Source: Scyliorhinus canicula (Eukaryota). From it: a stretch of DNA of 64,000 bases. Every line of letters starts with the position of its first letter. The stretch's first letter is position 1. Below, piece after piece: positions 1 through 11,335 of this stretch. The notes under the pieces were generated by a model that was not told where the DNA came from, made no database searches, and saw nothing but the letters and a program-made list of their open reading frames with translations. The stretch spans positions 124,001 to 188,000 of the forward strand of contig NW_024055493.1 in assembly GCF_902713615.1 (NCBI RefSeq), given 5' to 3'. The position numbers and the translations under genes were made by a program.

Positions 1-1399
1 CAAAACAAAGACCGAATCTGTAACTGGATGACGACGCAGTCCCTGCCAAGATTTTAATCGTGGTTCTTTCTGTTGAAAAAGAAATGAAAAAATGTTGTGA
101 GGTGAATGTCATAACGATTACACTTCAGAAACACAAACCCAATAGGCCTGTCCACAGTGTAAAGCTTTGCGGCCCTGCAGCAGAACCTTGCGTTTTGAAG
201 AAACTAAATTCAACTGGTATCATTCGGAATGTTGGATACAGACTGATCGAACAATGTCATCATAAAATGACATGGCACATTGTGAATATGTCAACGTTTT
301 ATAAAGAGCTTTGCAATTAAACCTGATTCCCCTTTCTCTCGCCATTAAACCTGCGTTTTCTACCTTTCAAAACAGAGTCGAATTCCCTTTAAAAAATCTC
401 TTGAGCTAAGTATAAACAATTTGGAATACGTCCAAGGGTTTCTTTAGTATCCTTGCACAATGTCTGACAAAGCTTCACTGCCCCGACCGTATGAAAAATC
501 GGAATTTCGATTCTTGTCAACCCTTTGAACCAAAATGCATTTATGTAGTTGATACAATGCCGACGTTTATTCGACCCAAGCACGTCCTCATTTTCTCAAT
601 CAGATTACACAATGTGATTCCCCTCACAAAAGCTATTATTGAACATAAAGAAATGATTGCTCCAGCGCTGGTTAGATCACTTCAGATGGGTTGTGTATGG
701 TTCCTGTGATCTCAGTAGGGAGCTGTTGCTGTGTCACGATCACTGCCCTCTATGAAATACATTGTTGTATCAGTTTGTCTGCAGCATTCCTAATGGTACC
801 AGCTGAATTCCATTTCTCCAAAACAAAGGCACATCTTTCTGCTGCATGACATTACAATTTAACAGCCCAGAAAGGTGACGCGGGGAAGACTAAATCCATA
901 TGTTTCAGTGTAGTGGTGTTCATGCTCAGTTAGCTTGCAAACGTTTGCCGGCTCAAAGGTGAAGAACGTATTTTCAAAAGTTCTTCATTTAGATTGAGGA
1001 AATTGTGCATAATACATGGCTGCTGTTGAATATTATTTGCACATGGTATGTTACGGATATATTATAACACCACCCAGTTTCCAAGACAAATATTTATCCT
1101 CGGTTTCGAGAGGTAACTAGGTGTGTCGATTAGGACAGTGCAGTTAATGTGGACTGCACGCACCTCATTAAGGCTTTTTACAAGATCCCACAGAGAAGAC
1201 TGATTAAGAAGGTAAGAATCCTTCCGTTCTGGGAATTGAATCATAAATAGTCATAGGGCCATAGAGTTTAACAGCACAGCACCATCATGTCTGCGCCGGC
1301 CATCAAGGGCCGATCTATTCTAATCCTGCTTTCAAAGATTTGTTTCGAAGATAGAGATCATGGCATCATGTTGTTGAACTCAAAGTTGAGTCCAGAAAA

Positions 1400-1770
1400 C
1401 TGTAAAGTGCCGAATCCGAAGCTGAGATGTTGTTCTCTCAGTTTATGCTGGGGTTCACTGGAATATTGCAGCAGATCCAGGACAGAAATGTGAACAGGAG
1501 CCAAAATTATGAATCGCAATGACAATTGATATGTTCGTGGAGGTCATGCTTACAGGCTTTGAAAAGGCGTTCAACAAAATGACGCCCCAGGCTGCCTTGG
1601 GCCTCCCCAGTGCAGAGAAGACTGCATTGCGAGCACCGAATGCAGTAGACTAAATTGAAAGAAGTGAAATCAAATCGCTGTGGCACCTTCAATAAGCCTT
1701 TGTGTCCTTGGATGGTGATGGGAGGGAGGCCAATGGGCATCTGTCAGACATACTGGGATTCCATGAGAAA
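1400..1770 (-). mobile_element. Degenerate Penelope-like element fragment (GIY-YIG endonuclease region)
   Basis: ORF 1507..1740 reads FNLVYCIRCSQCSLLCTGEAQGSLGRHFVE, a decayed version of the PLE GIY-YIG motif (VVYCIRCS.CG.LYIGET.R.L..RF.EH). Boundaries approximate. Confidence 0.55.
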
Positions 1771-1898
1771 CTACTGAGGGAAGCGAGCGAAGCTTTCGGG
1801 CGTTGGTTGGTTTTCAAATCAATAACTGGTTTCTGGTTGTGTTATTGAGAACAACAGCGAGATCATTATTCAGGATATCTACTAGAATGTTAGAATTT

Positions 1899-2118
1899 GA
1901 GGGTGGCACTCTGGTTAGCACTGCTGCCTCACGGCGCTGAGGACCCGCGTTCGATCCCGGCCTTGGACACTGTCCGTGTGAAGTTTGCACATCCTCCCCG
2001 TCTCTGCGTGGGTTTCACCCCACAACCCAAAGATGTGCAGGGTAAGTGGATTGGCCGCGCTAAGTTTTCCGTTAATTGGAAAAAAATAATTGGATAATCT
2101 AAATTAATATATATAATG
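1899..2118 (+). mobile_element. Short V-SINE (HE1-related, internally deleted, A-rich tail)
   Basis: tRNA-like head (GGTGGCAC..TGGTTAGCACTGCTGCCTCAC..GTTCGATCCC) and V-domain core (GTTTGCACATCCTCCCCGT..GCGTGGGTTTC). Flanked by GAATGTTAGAATTT (1885-1898) and GAATGTTATAATTT (2119-2132), 14 bp with 1 mismatch. Confidence 0.85.
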
Positions 2119-2184
2119 GAATGTTATAATTTATTGTGAGGGGGAATAAATGCAAACGTAGCAACTCGCTGCTTCAGTTTTACA

Positions 2185-2640
2185 AGGCAGGAATGGGGCC
2201 ACATCTGGTGTAATGTGTACAATATTGGTCACCTTATTTCAGGAAGGATGTAAGTGCTTTGGGAGCAGTTCGGTGAAGGTTTACCAGACGAATACCTGGA
2301 CAGGCACTGTCGTTTTATGAGGAAAGGTTAGACAGTTTAGGCTTGTCTCCAAGTTTCGAAGAATGAGGGGCGACTTGATTGACACATATTATCCTGACAG
2401 GATGGGTGCGGAGAGGATATTCCCTCTTGTGGGAGAATCTAGAACTAAAGGTATTGTTTAAAAATAAAGAGCGCCCACAGAAAACGGAGATGAGGCAACT
2501 TTGTTTCTCTCTAATGTTCTTTGGAGCGTTCGTTATGAAAAGGTGACGGAAACAGTCTTTGGTCTTTTTAAGGCAGAGCTTGATAGATTCTTGGCAAGCA
2601 AGGCGGTGATAGGTTATCAGGGATTGGCGGGACGCTGATT
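2185..2640 (+). mobile_element. Old CR1-clade LINE 3' fragment
   Basis: Decayed match to the CR1 RT C-terminal region (..RPHLEYCVQFWSPY.RKDV..LE.VQRRFTR..), with stops and indels. Confidence 0.65.
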
Positions 2641-2647
2641 GAGGTTA

Positions 2648-3401
2648 GAACATCGAACATAGAACATTACAGTGCAGTACAGGCCCTTCGGCCCACGATG
2701 TTGCACCGTCCTGTGAAACCCCTCTAAAGTCCCTCTACACTATTCCCTTATGGTCCATATGCCTATCCAATGACCATTTGAATGCCCTCAGTGTTGGCGA
2801 GTCCACTACTGTTGCAGGCAGGGCATTCCACGCCCTTACTACTCTCTGAGTAAAGAACCTACCTCTGACATCTGTCCTATATCTATCTCCCCTCAATTTA
2901 ACGCTATGTCCCCTCGTGCTGGACATCACCATCCGAGGAAAAAGGCTCTCGATGTCCACCCTATCTAATCCTCTGATCATCTTGTATGCCTCAATTAAGT
3001 CCCCTCTTAGCCTTCTTCTCTCTAACGAAAACAGCCTCAAGTCCTTCAGCCTTTCCTCATATGATCTTCCCTCCATACCAGGCAACATTCTTGTAAATCT
3101 CCTCTGTACCCTTTCCAATGCTTCCACATCCTTCCTATAATGTGGCGACCAGAACTGCACACAATATTCCAAATGCGGCTGCACCAGAGTTTTGTACAAC
3201 TGCAACATGACCTCATGGCTCCGAAACTCAAGTCCTCTACCAATAAAAGCTAACTTACGCCTTCTTAACAACCCTCTCAACCTGGGTGACAACGTTCAGG
3301 GATCTATGGACATGGACACCGAGATCTCTCTGCTCGTCCACACTACCAAGAATCTTACCATTAGCCCAGTACTCTGCCTTCTTGTTATTCCTTCCAAAAT
3401 G
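2648..3401 (-). mobile_element. CR1/HER1-type LINE, 3' part (left half of a copy split by the L1 insertion)
   Basis: ORF 2735..3292 reads LYKTLVQPHLEYCVQFWSPHYRKDVEALERVQRRFTRMLPGM...FFTQRVVRAWNALP. The 3' tail ends in (GTTCTAT)-type repeats near 2648-2665. Confidence 0.92.
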
Positions 3402-3489
3402 GAGAATTCGACTTCTGGGCGGCGAGCGAGGAGGTCGCAGGGAGAGGGGCTCCCGCAAGCGCCAGACAAGGAACCCCCCCGACAGGCCG

Positions 3490-4210
3490 GACGGCGGAGG
3501 AGAAGGAGCGAGCGGAGGAGAAGCGGCGGCAGCGGAGGAGAAGGAGCGAGCGGAGGAGAAGCGGCAGCGGAGGAGAAGCGGCAGCGGAGGAGAAGCGGCA
3601 GCGGAGGAGAAGGAGCGAGCCGAGGAGAAGCGGCAGCGGAGGAGAAGGAGCTAGCGGAGGAGAAGCGAGCGGAGGCGGAGAGGCGACGCAGAGGAGCGGC
3701 GGCGACACCCCCAGCCCAACAGCGGCAGGTCCAACCCCTCTCCCTCCCCCCCCACGCGGGCCAGGAGCGGTGCGGCAGCGGCGGACCCTCTTCTCCCTCC
3801 CCCCCCCACCCCAGACGCGGGCCGGGAGCAGTGCGGCAGCGGCGGGCCCTCTTCTCTCCCCCCCCCCCCCCCCCAGACGCGGGCCGGGAGCAGTGCGGCA
3901 GCGGCGGGCCCTCTTCTCTCTCCCCCCCCCCAGACGCGGGCCGGGAGCAGTGCGGCAGCGGCGGGCCCTCTTTTCTCCCCCCCACCCCCCCAACCAGCAG
4001 CGGGGACACCCCCCCCCAACCAGCAGCGGGGACCCCCCCCCCCCAACCAGCAGCGGGGACCCCCCCCCCAACCAGCAGCGGGGACCCCCCCCCCAACCAG
4101 CAGCGGGGACCCCCCCCCGCAACCAGCAGCGGGGACACCCCCCCCCCCCAACCAGCAGCGGGGACACCCCCCCCCCAACCAGCAGCGGGGACACCCCCCC
4201 CCCTTACCGG
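3490..4210 (+). repeat. GC-rich tandem repeats in the L1 5'UTR (three repeat tiers)
   Basis: GCGGAGGAGAAG-based repeats at ~3493-3690, four ~57-60-bp units (CGCGGGCCGGGAGCAGTGCGGCAGCGGCGGGCCCTCTTCTCT+C-run) at ~3750-3975, and about nine AACCAGCAGCGGGGAC+C-run units at ~3990-4205. Confidence 0.9.
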
Positions 4211-4459
4211 CAGCGACCACCGGCCCACTCGCCCCTCCCCCCCCCAACTGCAGTGACCACCACGTGTCAAGGACAAAGGGACTCTCTCTCTCTCTCTCCT
4301 GGGCGAGTGGAGAGAGAAAACAAAAGAAAAAAAAGAGACTTATATTTCTGTTTTAAAAAAAAAAACCCCAAAAGAAAACTGGTAAAGAGAAAAGGGGTAA
4401 AATAAAGGGGTAAAGGAAAGAAGGGGGGAAATAAATTTTTATTTAAAAAAAATAAAATA

Positions 4460-4463
<4 letters not shown>

Positions 4464-4490
<27 letters not shown>
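4464..4490. repeat. (TA)n microsatellite in L1 5'UTR
   Basis: Direct reading. Confidence 0.9.
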
Positions 4491-4555
4491 ATAATAAATA
4501 AAATAAAAATAGGGTGCGGAAAAGGGGGAAAAGAAGAATAAGGAGAGAAGAAAAG

Positions 4556-5560
4556 ATGAAGGGGAAGGGGGAGGAAAAAATGCCAGAAGGGAGCCAAGAG
4601 AAAGGGGGCACCGGAAGTAGACGGGGCAAAGGGCAAACCAGCTTGGGCGAACGAGTCAACACGCGAAGCAGCGGGAAGGATGTATCGCCGCATCCAAAAG
4701 AGCTGGACGGGCGGGCAACCTCTCCCCTGGGGTTAGAGGGGGGCGTGAATTGGAAGGAAGCCATTGCCGAGGTGGTAAGGGAGCAGCTGCAGGCAATCAA
4801 GGCAGAGTTTAAAGCAGACGCAGAGGCCGCAGCACAGGCAGCAGTGACCAGGGCCATGTCAGGGGTGCAGCAGACTCTGACCAGATTGGAGGAGAAAGTG
4901 GATGCCCAAGGGAAGATACTGGAAGCCCAGGGGGCAACCATTAAAGAGCTGGAGAAGGCAGCGACTGACGTGAGCGACCGGGTCATGTCCCTGGAGAGGG
5001 AAATGGCGAAACTGAGTGCAACACAGGGGAGCCTGAAGGGCAGGGTAGACAACCAGGAGATCAGCTCGAGAAGGCAAAATATTAAGATAGTGGGCCTGCC
5101 AGAGGGGATAGAGGGTAGAAATCCCACAACATTCGTGGCTGCGATGCTGGGCTCCTTAGTGGGGCGGGAAACTTTTCCCACCCCACCGGAAATGGACAGA
5201 GCTCATCGGTCACTGCGCCCGAAGCCCAAGGAAGGGGAAAAACCGAGAGCAGTTATAGCCAGACTGCACCGGTACCGGGATAGGGAGACAATCCTGCGCT
5301 GGGCCAAGGAGAATAGAGCCTGCAATTGGGACAGGCACGCCATCCGAATCTACGAGGATTTTGGAGCGGACATAGCTAAGAGACGGGCGGAGTTCAACAG
5401 AGCGAAAGCAGCTCTCTATAAGAACAAAGTACGTTTTGGTATGCTGTACCCAGCAGAACTCTGGGTCACATACCAACACAAGGAATATTTCTTTACAGCC
5501 CCTGCCGAGGCGAATAGATTCGTCGAGGAGCACGGGCTGGAAAAACGCCATGGGAAGTAG
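4556..5560 (+). CDS. L1 ORF1p (coiled-coil + RRM + CTD RNA-binding protein), intact frame
   Basis: Motifs RRQNIKIVGLPEG, DRAHRS, IARLHRYRDRETIL, IRIYEDF..IAKRRAEF and RFGMLYPAELWVT. First in-frame ATGs are at 4556 and 4580, and the stop is at 5558-5560. Confidence 0.9.
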   Translation: MKGKGEEKMPEGSQEKGGTGSRRGKGQTSLGERVNTRSSGKDVSPHPKELDGRATSPLGLEGGVNWKEAIAEVVREQLQAIKAEFKADAEAAAQAAVTRAMSGVQQTLTRLEEKVDAQGKILEAQGATIKELEKAATDVSDRVMSLEREMAKLSATQGSLKGRVDNQEISSRRQNIKIVGLPEGIEGRNPTTFVAAMLGSLVGRETFPTPPEMDRAHRSLRPKPKEGEKPRAVIARLHRYRDRETILRWAKENRACNWDRHAIRIYEDFGADIAKRRAEFNRAKAALYKNKVRFGMLYPAELWVTYQHKEYFFTAPAEANRFVEEHGLEKRHGK

Positions 5561-6321
5561 GGACGAGGGGCCCATGGCAAGGAGATACGTCATGCCGACG
5601 GGGGGGTGGGGAGGGGCGAGGCAAAGCCAGCCCCCTCCCCCCTGGCAGGAACACCCAGAACGAAAAACAACCCAATACCCAAGGGCCCGCTCCAGGTGGG
5701 AGGCCAGGCCCCGGCACGAGGGAACGGGAGTACTGGAGAGGGGAGAGGGGAAGCGGGACAGCAACCTCCGAGAGGGGAGCCACCGTGCTAGCAGGAAAGC
5801 TAGCGAAGGGGGCGCGCAACAGAGCAGGGCCGCAGCGCACCCCCAACAGGGGGGAAGGCGCCAGGCAGGGGAGGGGGGGATCACCCATCAAAGGTGGGAG
5901 AGCAAATGGGGACAGGAATGGGGGAGAGAGGGGCAATGGAGGGGTATACAGGGGTATCCCCGAAAGGGATAGAGCGGGGGGGGGGCACTCTGGGGGCGAG
6001 AGACCAGGGAGGGGAAATGCAGGGACGAAGGGACAAAAGAGGCCAGAAAGGGAATAGGGCCACAAAGTGCCACAGACAAGGGCTCGAAACAGGGAACTGC
6101 TGCAAGCACCCACCCAGTACGGTCTGTGGGTGAAGGGGCCCCCCGGAGTGCAGGGGACTACCCGCGTGGCGGACACACAGTGGACGGCCATGGCGGGTGT
6201 CCCCGGGACAAGGGGGAATCCCGGAGCGCAGGGACCCGACCGCATGGGGAGAGCAGTGATCCTGGACGGCCCCCTAACAAAGGGAAACCCCAGAGGGCAG
6301 GGGCGCGTCCACCAGACAAAT

Positions 6322-9300
6322 ATGGTTAACCCCACAGGAGCAAGGGGGCAGAAGCCCCCCACCAGAATAGTCACCTGGAACGTAAGGGGACTTAACGGCC
6401 CAGTGAAGAGATCTAGAGTCCTCACCCACCTTAGAAACATGAGGGCCGACATAGTCTTCCTCCAAGAGATGCACTTGAGGGAGCAGGACCAACTGCGGGT
6501 AAGAAAGGGCTGGGTAGGACAAACCTATCATTCCTGTTATGGGGCAAGGGCCAGGGGGGTGGCGATCCTGATTGGCAAGAGGACAATGTTTAGGGCGACA
6601 AAGACGGTTACGGACCCAGGGGGACGGTATGTCATGGTCAGCGGGGCCCTGGATGGGGCGCCGGTAGTTCTAGTTAACGTGTACGCGCCCAACTGGGACG
6701 ACACGAGCTTCATCCAAAAGACCATGGCAGAAATCCCGGACATAGCGACGCACCGACTAATCATGGGGGGGGACTTCAACTGTGTACAGGACCCAACGAC
6801 GGACAGATCAAACCCCAGAACGGGGAAAAACATGGCAAGGGAACTCAGTCACTATATGGAGCAGATGGGAGCAGTCGACCCCTGGAGATTCGCCCACCCG
6901 GGGGAGAAAGAATTCTCTTTCTTCTCCCCAGTACACAACGTGTACACCAGAATTGACTTCTTTGTGGTGGGGAAAACGGTGCTTCCAGAGATAGACAAGG
7001 TGGAATACTCCGCAATTGTGATATCAGACCACGCTCCACACTACATGGATGTGCGGCTAGAGACGGGAAGGGCCCAGCGCCCCAAATGGAGGTTGGACGG
7101 TGCCTTACTAGCTGACAAGGCCTTCAGCGAAAGGATAGCGCAGGCCATAGCGGAGTACACTGAGATCAACCAAAACGGGGAGGTCTCACCCTCCACGTTC
7201 TGGGAAGCGCTTAAGGCCGTACTAAGAGGGGAAATCATAGCCTACAAAGCGCAAAGAGATAGGGAGGAAAGGGTGGCTAGGCAGAAGCTGGTCGACTCCA
7301 TACTGGAGGTAGACCATAAATACTCCGAGGCCCCGACTGTAGAACTCCTGGCGGAGAGAAAAGAATTACAAAGGAACTTTGACCTGCTCTCCACCAGGAA
7401 AGCAGTACACCAACTCCGCCAGGCACGCGGGGCCCTATACGAACACGGAGACAAAGCCAGCCGCCTGTTGGCCCACCAGCTGAGAAAGCAGGCAGCCAGC
7501 AGAGAAATTGCGCAAATCAGAGATACCAGAGGCACGTTGGAAACAGAACCAGAGAGGATTAACAAAACCTTCAAGGCCTTCTACCAAGAGCTGTACACCT
7601 CAGAGCCCCCAACGGGGAAGGCTGGGATGAACCGGTTTCTTGACGGACTGGACATACCAGTTGTGGGAGAGAGCAGAAAACGGGATCTGGAAGCACCACT
7701 AGCACTGGGAGAGATCATGGACAGCATTAGCTCCATGCAGGCGGGGAAGGCGCCGGGACCGGACGGATTCCCGGCGGACTTCTACAAAAAATTTGCGACA
7801 GCGCTGGCCCCGCACCTGCGGGAGATGTTCACAGACTCGCTAGCTAGGGGCACACTGCCACCCACGTTAGCACAGGCCTCAATCTCGCTGATACCTAAGA
7901 AAGACAAAGACCCAACGGAATGTGGGTCATACAGACCCATATCTCTGCTGAATGCAGACGCCAAAATACTGGCCAAAATCCTAGCCAAGAGGCTAGAAGA
8001 CTGTGTACCTGAGGTGGTCACAGAGGACCAGACGGGCTTTGTCAAAGGTAGACAGCTTACCGCGAACATCAGGCACCTGCTGAACGTGATAATGACCACC
8101 TCCGGGGAGAGAACACAAGAGGTGATCGTCTCCCTGGACGCAGAAAAGGCCTTCGACAGAGTCGAGTGGAAATACCTCATAGAGGTACTGGAGCGGTTCG
8201 GGCTTGGAACAGGGTTCACCGCTTGGGTAAAGCTCCTGTACAACGCTCCCATGGCGAGTGTACAGACCAACAATACCAACTCCCAATACTTCCAGCTGCA
8301 CAGGGGCACCAGACAAGGATGCCCACTGTCCCCGCTGCTGTTCGCACTAGCAATTGAACCGCTAGCAATCGCGCTCAGGGCAGCAAAAAATTGGAGGGGG
8401 ATCCGAAGGGGAGGTAGAGAGCACAGAGTCTCACTCTATGCGGATGATCTGCTCCTCTATATCTCGGACCCACAAAGCAGCATGGACGGAATCATCGCGC
8501 TCCTGAAAGAGTTTGGAGCCTTCTCGGGCTACAAACTCAACATGAGCAAAAGTGAGATCTTCCCAGTACACCCGCAAGGGGGGGAGGGGGCAGCACTAAA
8601 GGGGCTGCCGTTCAAACAAGCCCGACATAAATTCCGCTACCTGGGGATCCAAATAGCCCATGACTGGAAAGGGATCCACAAATGGAACCTCACCAGCCTG
8701 ACGGAGGAAGTTAAAAGGACCTGCAAAGATGGAACACACTCCCGCTCTCCCTCGCGGGGAGAGTTCAGACGATCAAAATGAACGTACTGCCCAGGTTCCT
8801 CTTCCTGTTTAGATCCATTCCGATCTACATCCCCAAGGCCTTTTTCAAAGCGCTGGACAAACTCATCATGGCGTTCGTATGGGGGGGGGGGTAAAAATGC
8901 TAGGATGCCAAAGAAGGTCTTACAAAAAACAAAAACCAGGGGAGGGCTAGCCCTCCCGAATCTACAATTCTACCACTGGGCAGCAACAGCCGAGCGAGTA
9001 AGGGGATGGATCCAGGAGCCAGAAGCTGAGTGGGTGCGTGCGGAGGAGGCCTCCTGCATGGGAACCTCCCTCCGGGCCCTCGCCACGGCAGCACTCCCAT
9101 CCCCACCCAAAAAACACTCCAGCAGCCCAGTGGTGACAGCCACCCTCCAATCCTGGAACCAACTGCGGCAGCAACTTGGCCTGACCAAAATGTCGAACAG
9201 GGCTCCCATCTGCAACAACCATAGGTTCACACCAGCACTGACTGACGCCACCTTCAAAAGGTGGAGGCAGGACGGGGGGACACTGACAGTCAAGGACCTA

Positions 9301-10402
9301 TACACGGACGACAGGATCGCAACACTGGACGAGCTGACAGAGAAATTTCAGCTAGCTGGGGGGAACGAGCTACGGTACCTGCAGCTCAAAAACTTCCTAC
9401 GAAAGGAGACAAGGACATACCCACAACCGCCACGACGGACACTACTGGAAGACCTACTGGACGCAAGTATCCTACAGAAAGGGAACTGTAGTGACATGTA
9501 TGACCGACTGGTAGATAGGGACGACACCGTACTGGACGCAACAAGAAGGAAATGGGAGGACGACCTGGGGATGGAGATAGGGTGGGGACTCTGGAGCGAA
9601 GCACTGCATAGGGTCAACTCCACCTCCACGTGCGCAAGGCTCAGCCTGACGCAACTAAAAGTGGTACATAGAGCCCACTTTTTTTTTATTTTTTTTATTT
9701 TTTATAAATTTAGATTACCCAATTATTTTTTCCAATTAAGGGGCAATTTAGCGTGGCCAATCCACCTACTCTGCACATTTTTGGGTTGTGGGGGCGAAAC
9801 CCACGCAGACACGGGGAGAATGTGCAAACTCCACACGGACAGTGACCCAGAGCCGGGATCGAACCTGGGACCTCAGCGCCGTAAGGCGGTTGTGCTAACC
9901 ACTAGGCCACCGTGCTGCCCTACATAGAGCCCACTTAACGAGAAACCGTATGAGTAGGTTCTTCCCGGAGGTGGAGGACAAATATGAGCGGTGCCAGAGA
10001 GGCCCGGCCAACCACGCCCACATGTTCTGGTCTTGCCCCAGACTTGTGGAGTACTGGACAGCCTTCTTCGAGGCTATGTCCAAAGTGGTGGGAGTGAGGG
10101 TGGAGCCATGCCCGATAGTGGCGGTCTTCGGGGTTTCAGAACAGCCAGATCTATTCCTGGGGAGGAGGGCGGACGCCCTTGCCTTTGCCTCCCTGATCGC
10201 CCGCCGTAGAATCCTGTTTGGCTGGCGGTCAGCAGCACCGCCCAGAGCTGCGGACTGGCTGTCCGACCTCTCGGAATCTCTCCAAATGGAGAAAATCAAA
10301 TTTGCCATCCGAGGGTCGGACGACGGCTTCCACAGAACGTGGGAGCCATTCATGCAACTGTTCCGGGACCTATTTGTGGCCAATGTACAAGAGGAAGAAT
10401 AG
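6322..10402 (+). pseudogene. L1 ORF2 (APE endonuclease - reverse transcriptase - C-terminal Cys/His domain), disrupted
   Basis: ATG at 6322 (MVNPTG..IVTWNVRGL). Motifs MGGDFNC, SDHAP, GTRQGCPLSPLLF, YADD and C-terminal CERCQRGPANHAHMFWSCP-like (KYERCQRGPANHAHMFWSCP). Frameshifts at the A-run near 8713-8717 and the G-run near 8880-8891, plus a SINE inserted at 9681-9920. Confidence 0.92.
9681..9920 (-). mobile_element. Short poly(A) V-SINE inserted in L1 ORF2
   Basis: Perfect 16-bp TSD TACATAGAGCCCACTT at 9665-9680 and 9921-9936. T-rich tail on the + strand and tRNA-like head at 9920. Confidence 0.95.
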
Positions 10403-10648
10403 TCGGGGGAAGGTAGCGGGGGGGGGGGGGGGGGCTACAGGTTCGGTACGGGGGTTCGATGGCTAGCTAAGGCCCAAAACCAAACTAAATAAACATGTTG
10501 GGGGGGGGGGGGGCGCAGTTACTACTACGAAGATGCTTACCTGTAAATATGTATGTTAATTTTTGCGTGTTTTTTTTTCTCTCCTAACAATTTGTAATTT
10601 GTTCAATATAAAATATGAAAACTGAATAAAAACATTTATAAAAAAAAA

Positions 10649-11335
10649 ATTCCTTCCAAAATGAATCACATCACACTTTTCTGCATTAAACTCCATTTGC
10701 CACCTGTCAGCCCAGCTCTGCAGCTTATCTATGTCCCTCTGTAACTTGTAACATCCTTCTGCACTGTCCACAACTCCACCGAATTTAGTGTCATCTGCAA
10801 ATTTACTCACCCATCCTTCAGGTCATTTATAAAAATGACAAACAGCAACGGCCCCAAAACAGATCCTTGTGGTACAGCACTAGTAACTGGACACCAGTCA
10901 GAGCATTTCCCATCAACCACCACTCTTTGTCTTCTATCAGCTAGCCAATTTCTGATCCAAACTGCTAAATCACCCTGAATCCCATGCCTCTGTATTTTCT
11001 GCAATAGCCTACCGTCGGGAACCTTATCAAACGCTTTACTGAAATCCATATTCACCACATCAACTGCTTTACCCTCATCTACCTGTTTGGTCACTTTCTC
11101 GAAGAACTCAATGAGGTTTGTGAGGCACGACCTACCCTTCACAAAACCATGTTGACTATCTCTAATCAAATTATTCCTTTCCAGATGATTATACATCCTA
11201 TCTCTTATAAACCTTTCAAAGACGTTTCCCACAACAGAAGTAAGGCTCACTGGTCTATAGTTACCGGGGTTATCTCTATTCCCCTTCTTGTACAAGGGGA
11301 CAACATTTGCTATCCTCCAGTCCTCTGGCACTATT
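10649..11335 (-). mobile_element. CR1/HER1-type LINE, RT part (right half of the split copy, 5'-truncated)
   Basis: ORFs 10807..11331 ([35 protein letters not shown]) and 10556..10810 (SKFADDTK) continue the copy at 2648-3401 across the L1. Confidence 0.92.

Larger units (their letters stand above)
3402..10648 (+). mobile_element. Full-length L1-clade LINE (5'UTR, ORF1, inter-ORF, ORF2, 3'UTR, poly(A))
   Basis: 15-bp TSD ATTCCTTCCAAAATG at 3387-3401 and 10649-10663. AATAAA at 10625-10630 is followed by an A-tail. Contains L1 ORF1p and EN-RT ORF2. Interrupts a CR1 whose sequence resumes at 10649. Confidence 0.95.

Noticed and set aside
60-1250. Short ORFs at the window start as the tail of a neighbouring gene (e.g. 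Ig transmembrane exons)
   Set aside because: No recognisable protein motif or consistent splice signals, so the region was left unannotated.
3192-4405. Several 200-350-aa ORFs on both strands (3192..4256, 3296..4276, 3385..4194, 3651..4247, 3770..4405)
   Set aside because: They are translations of the GC-rich tandem repeats of the L1 5'UTR, which lack stop codons by composition. Most use non-ATG starts and show no domain signature.
6067-6321. 85-codon N-terminal extension of L1 ORF2 in the ORF track
   Set aside because: It starts at GTG. The endonuclease homology starts just after ATG 6322, which is the likelier start.
4267-6452. Antisense and overlapping ORFs 4267..5181, 5210..5884, 5436..5972, 5493..6452
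   Set aside because: Shadows of L1 ORF1 and the G-rich inter-ORF spacer.
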